Shown here: positions 63,945 to 64,000 of the stretch, in pieces | Numbering within the stretch: position 1 is the stretch's first letter | Layout: every line of letters starts with the position of its first letter | NCBI RefSeq assembly: GCF_001194135.2 | Contig: NC_068983.1 | Location: 126,211,672-126,275,671, forward strand | From: Octopus bimaculoides | Lineage: Eukaryota | Length of the DNA: 64,000 bases | Direction: 5' to 3' | Position numbers and translations under genes: made by a program | The notes under the pieces: model-generated | Told to the model about the DNA's origin: nothing | The model's database searches: none | Seen by the model: only the letters and a program-made list of their open reading frames with translations

Positions 63945-64000
<56 letters not shown>
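63770..64000. repeat. (ATCT)n/(GTCT)n/(ATGT)n compound tetranucleotide microsatellite
   Basis: Directly visible. Confidence 0.95.

Overview
AT-rich eukaryotic scaffold segment with about 13 N-gaps, almost all flanked by (AT)n, (AC)n or (TAA)n microsatellites. The SINE families match my recollection of octopus (coleoid cephalopod) repeats, so this is probably intronic or intergenic DNA from an Octopus draft assembly; the taxon is an inference. No host protein-coding exon can be supported, and most listed ORFs are microsatellite, gap or antisense artefacts. The window is a graveyard of decayed transposons: a near full-length RTE LINE in a (TA)n tract, four Penelope-like (PLE) fragments, Dong/R4-type RT and RLE pieces in (TAA)n/(CAA)n tracts, CR1, RTEX-like, Tx1-like, mariner, probable Chapaev3, hAT and Helitron remnants, and many tRNA-derived SINEs. 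The most notable signal is a set of 8-9 minimal type I hammerhead ribozyme (HHR) motifs of the PLE kind, most with a palindromic stem III that differs from motif to motif. One HHR with a fully canonical core sits inside a ~215-bp-arm inverted repeat (58678-59250). One PLE has an inverted terminal repeat that appears to be built from a tRNA-like Pol III head, an (AAT)n tract and an HHR (60010-61250). All alignments, folds and translations were done by eye; element boundaries are approximate.
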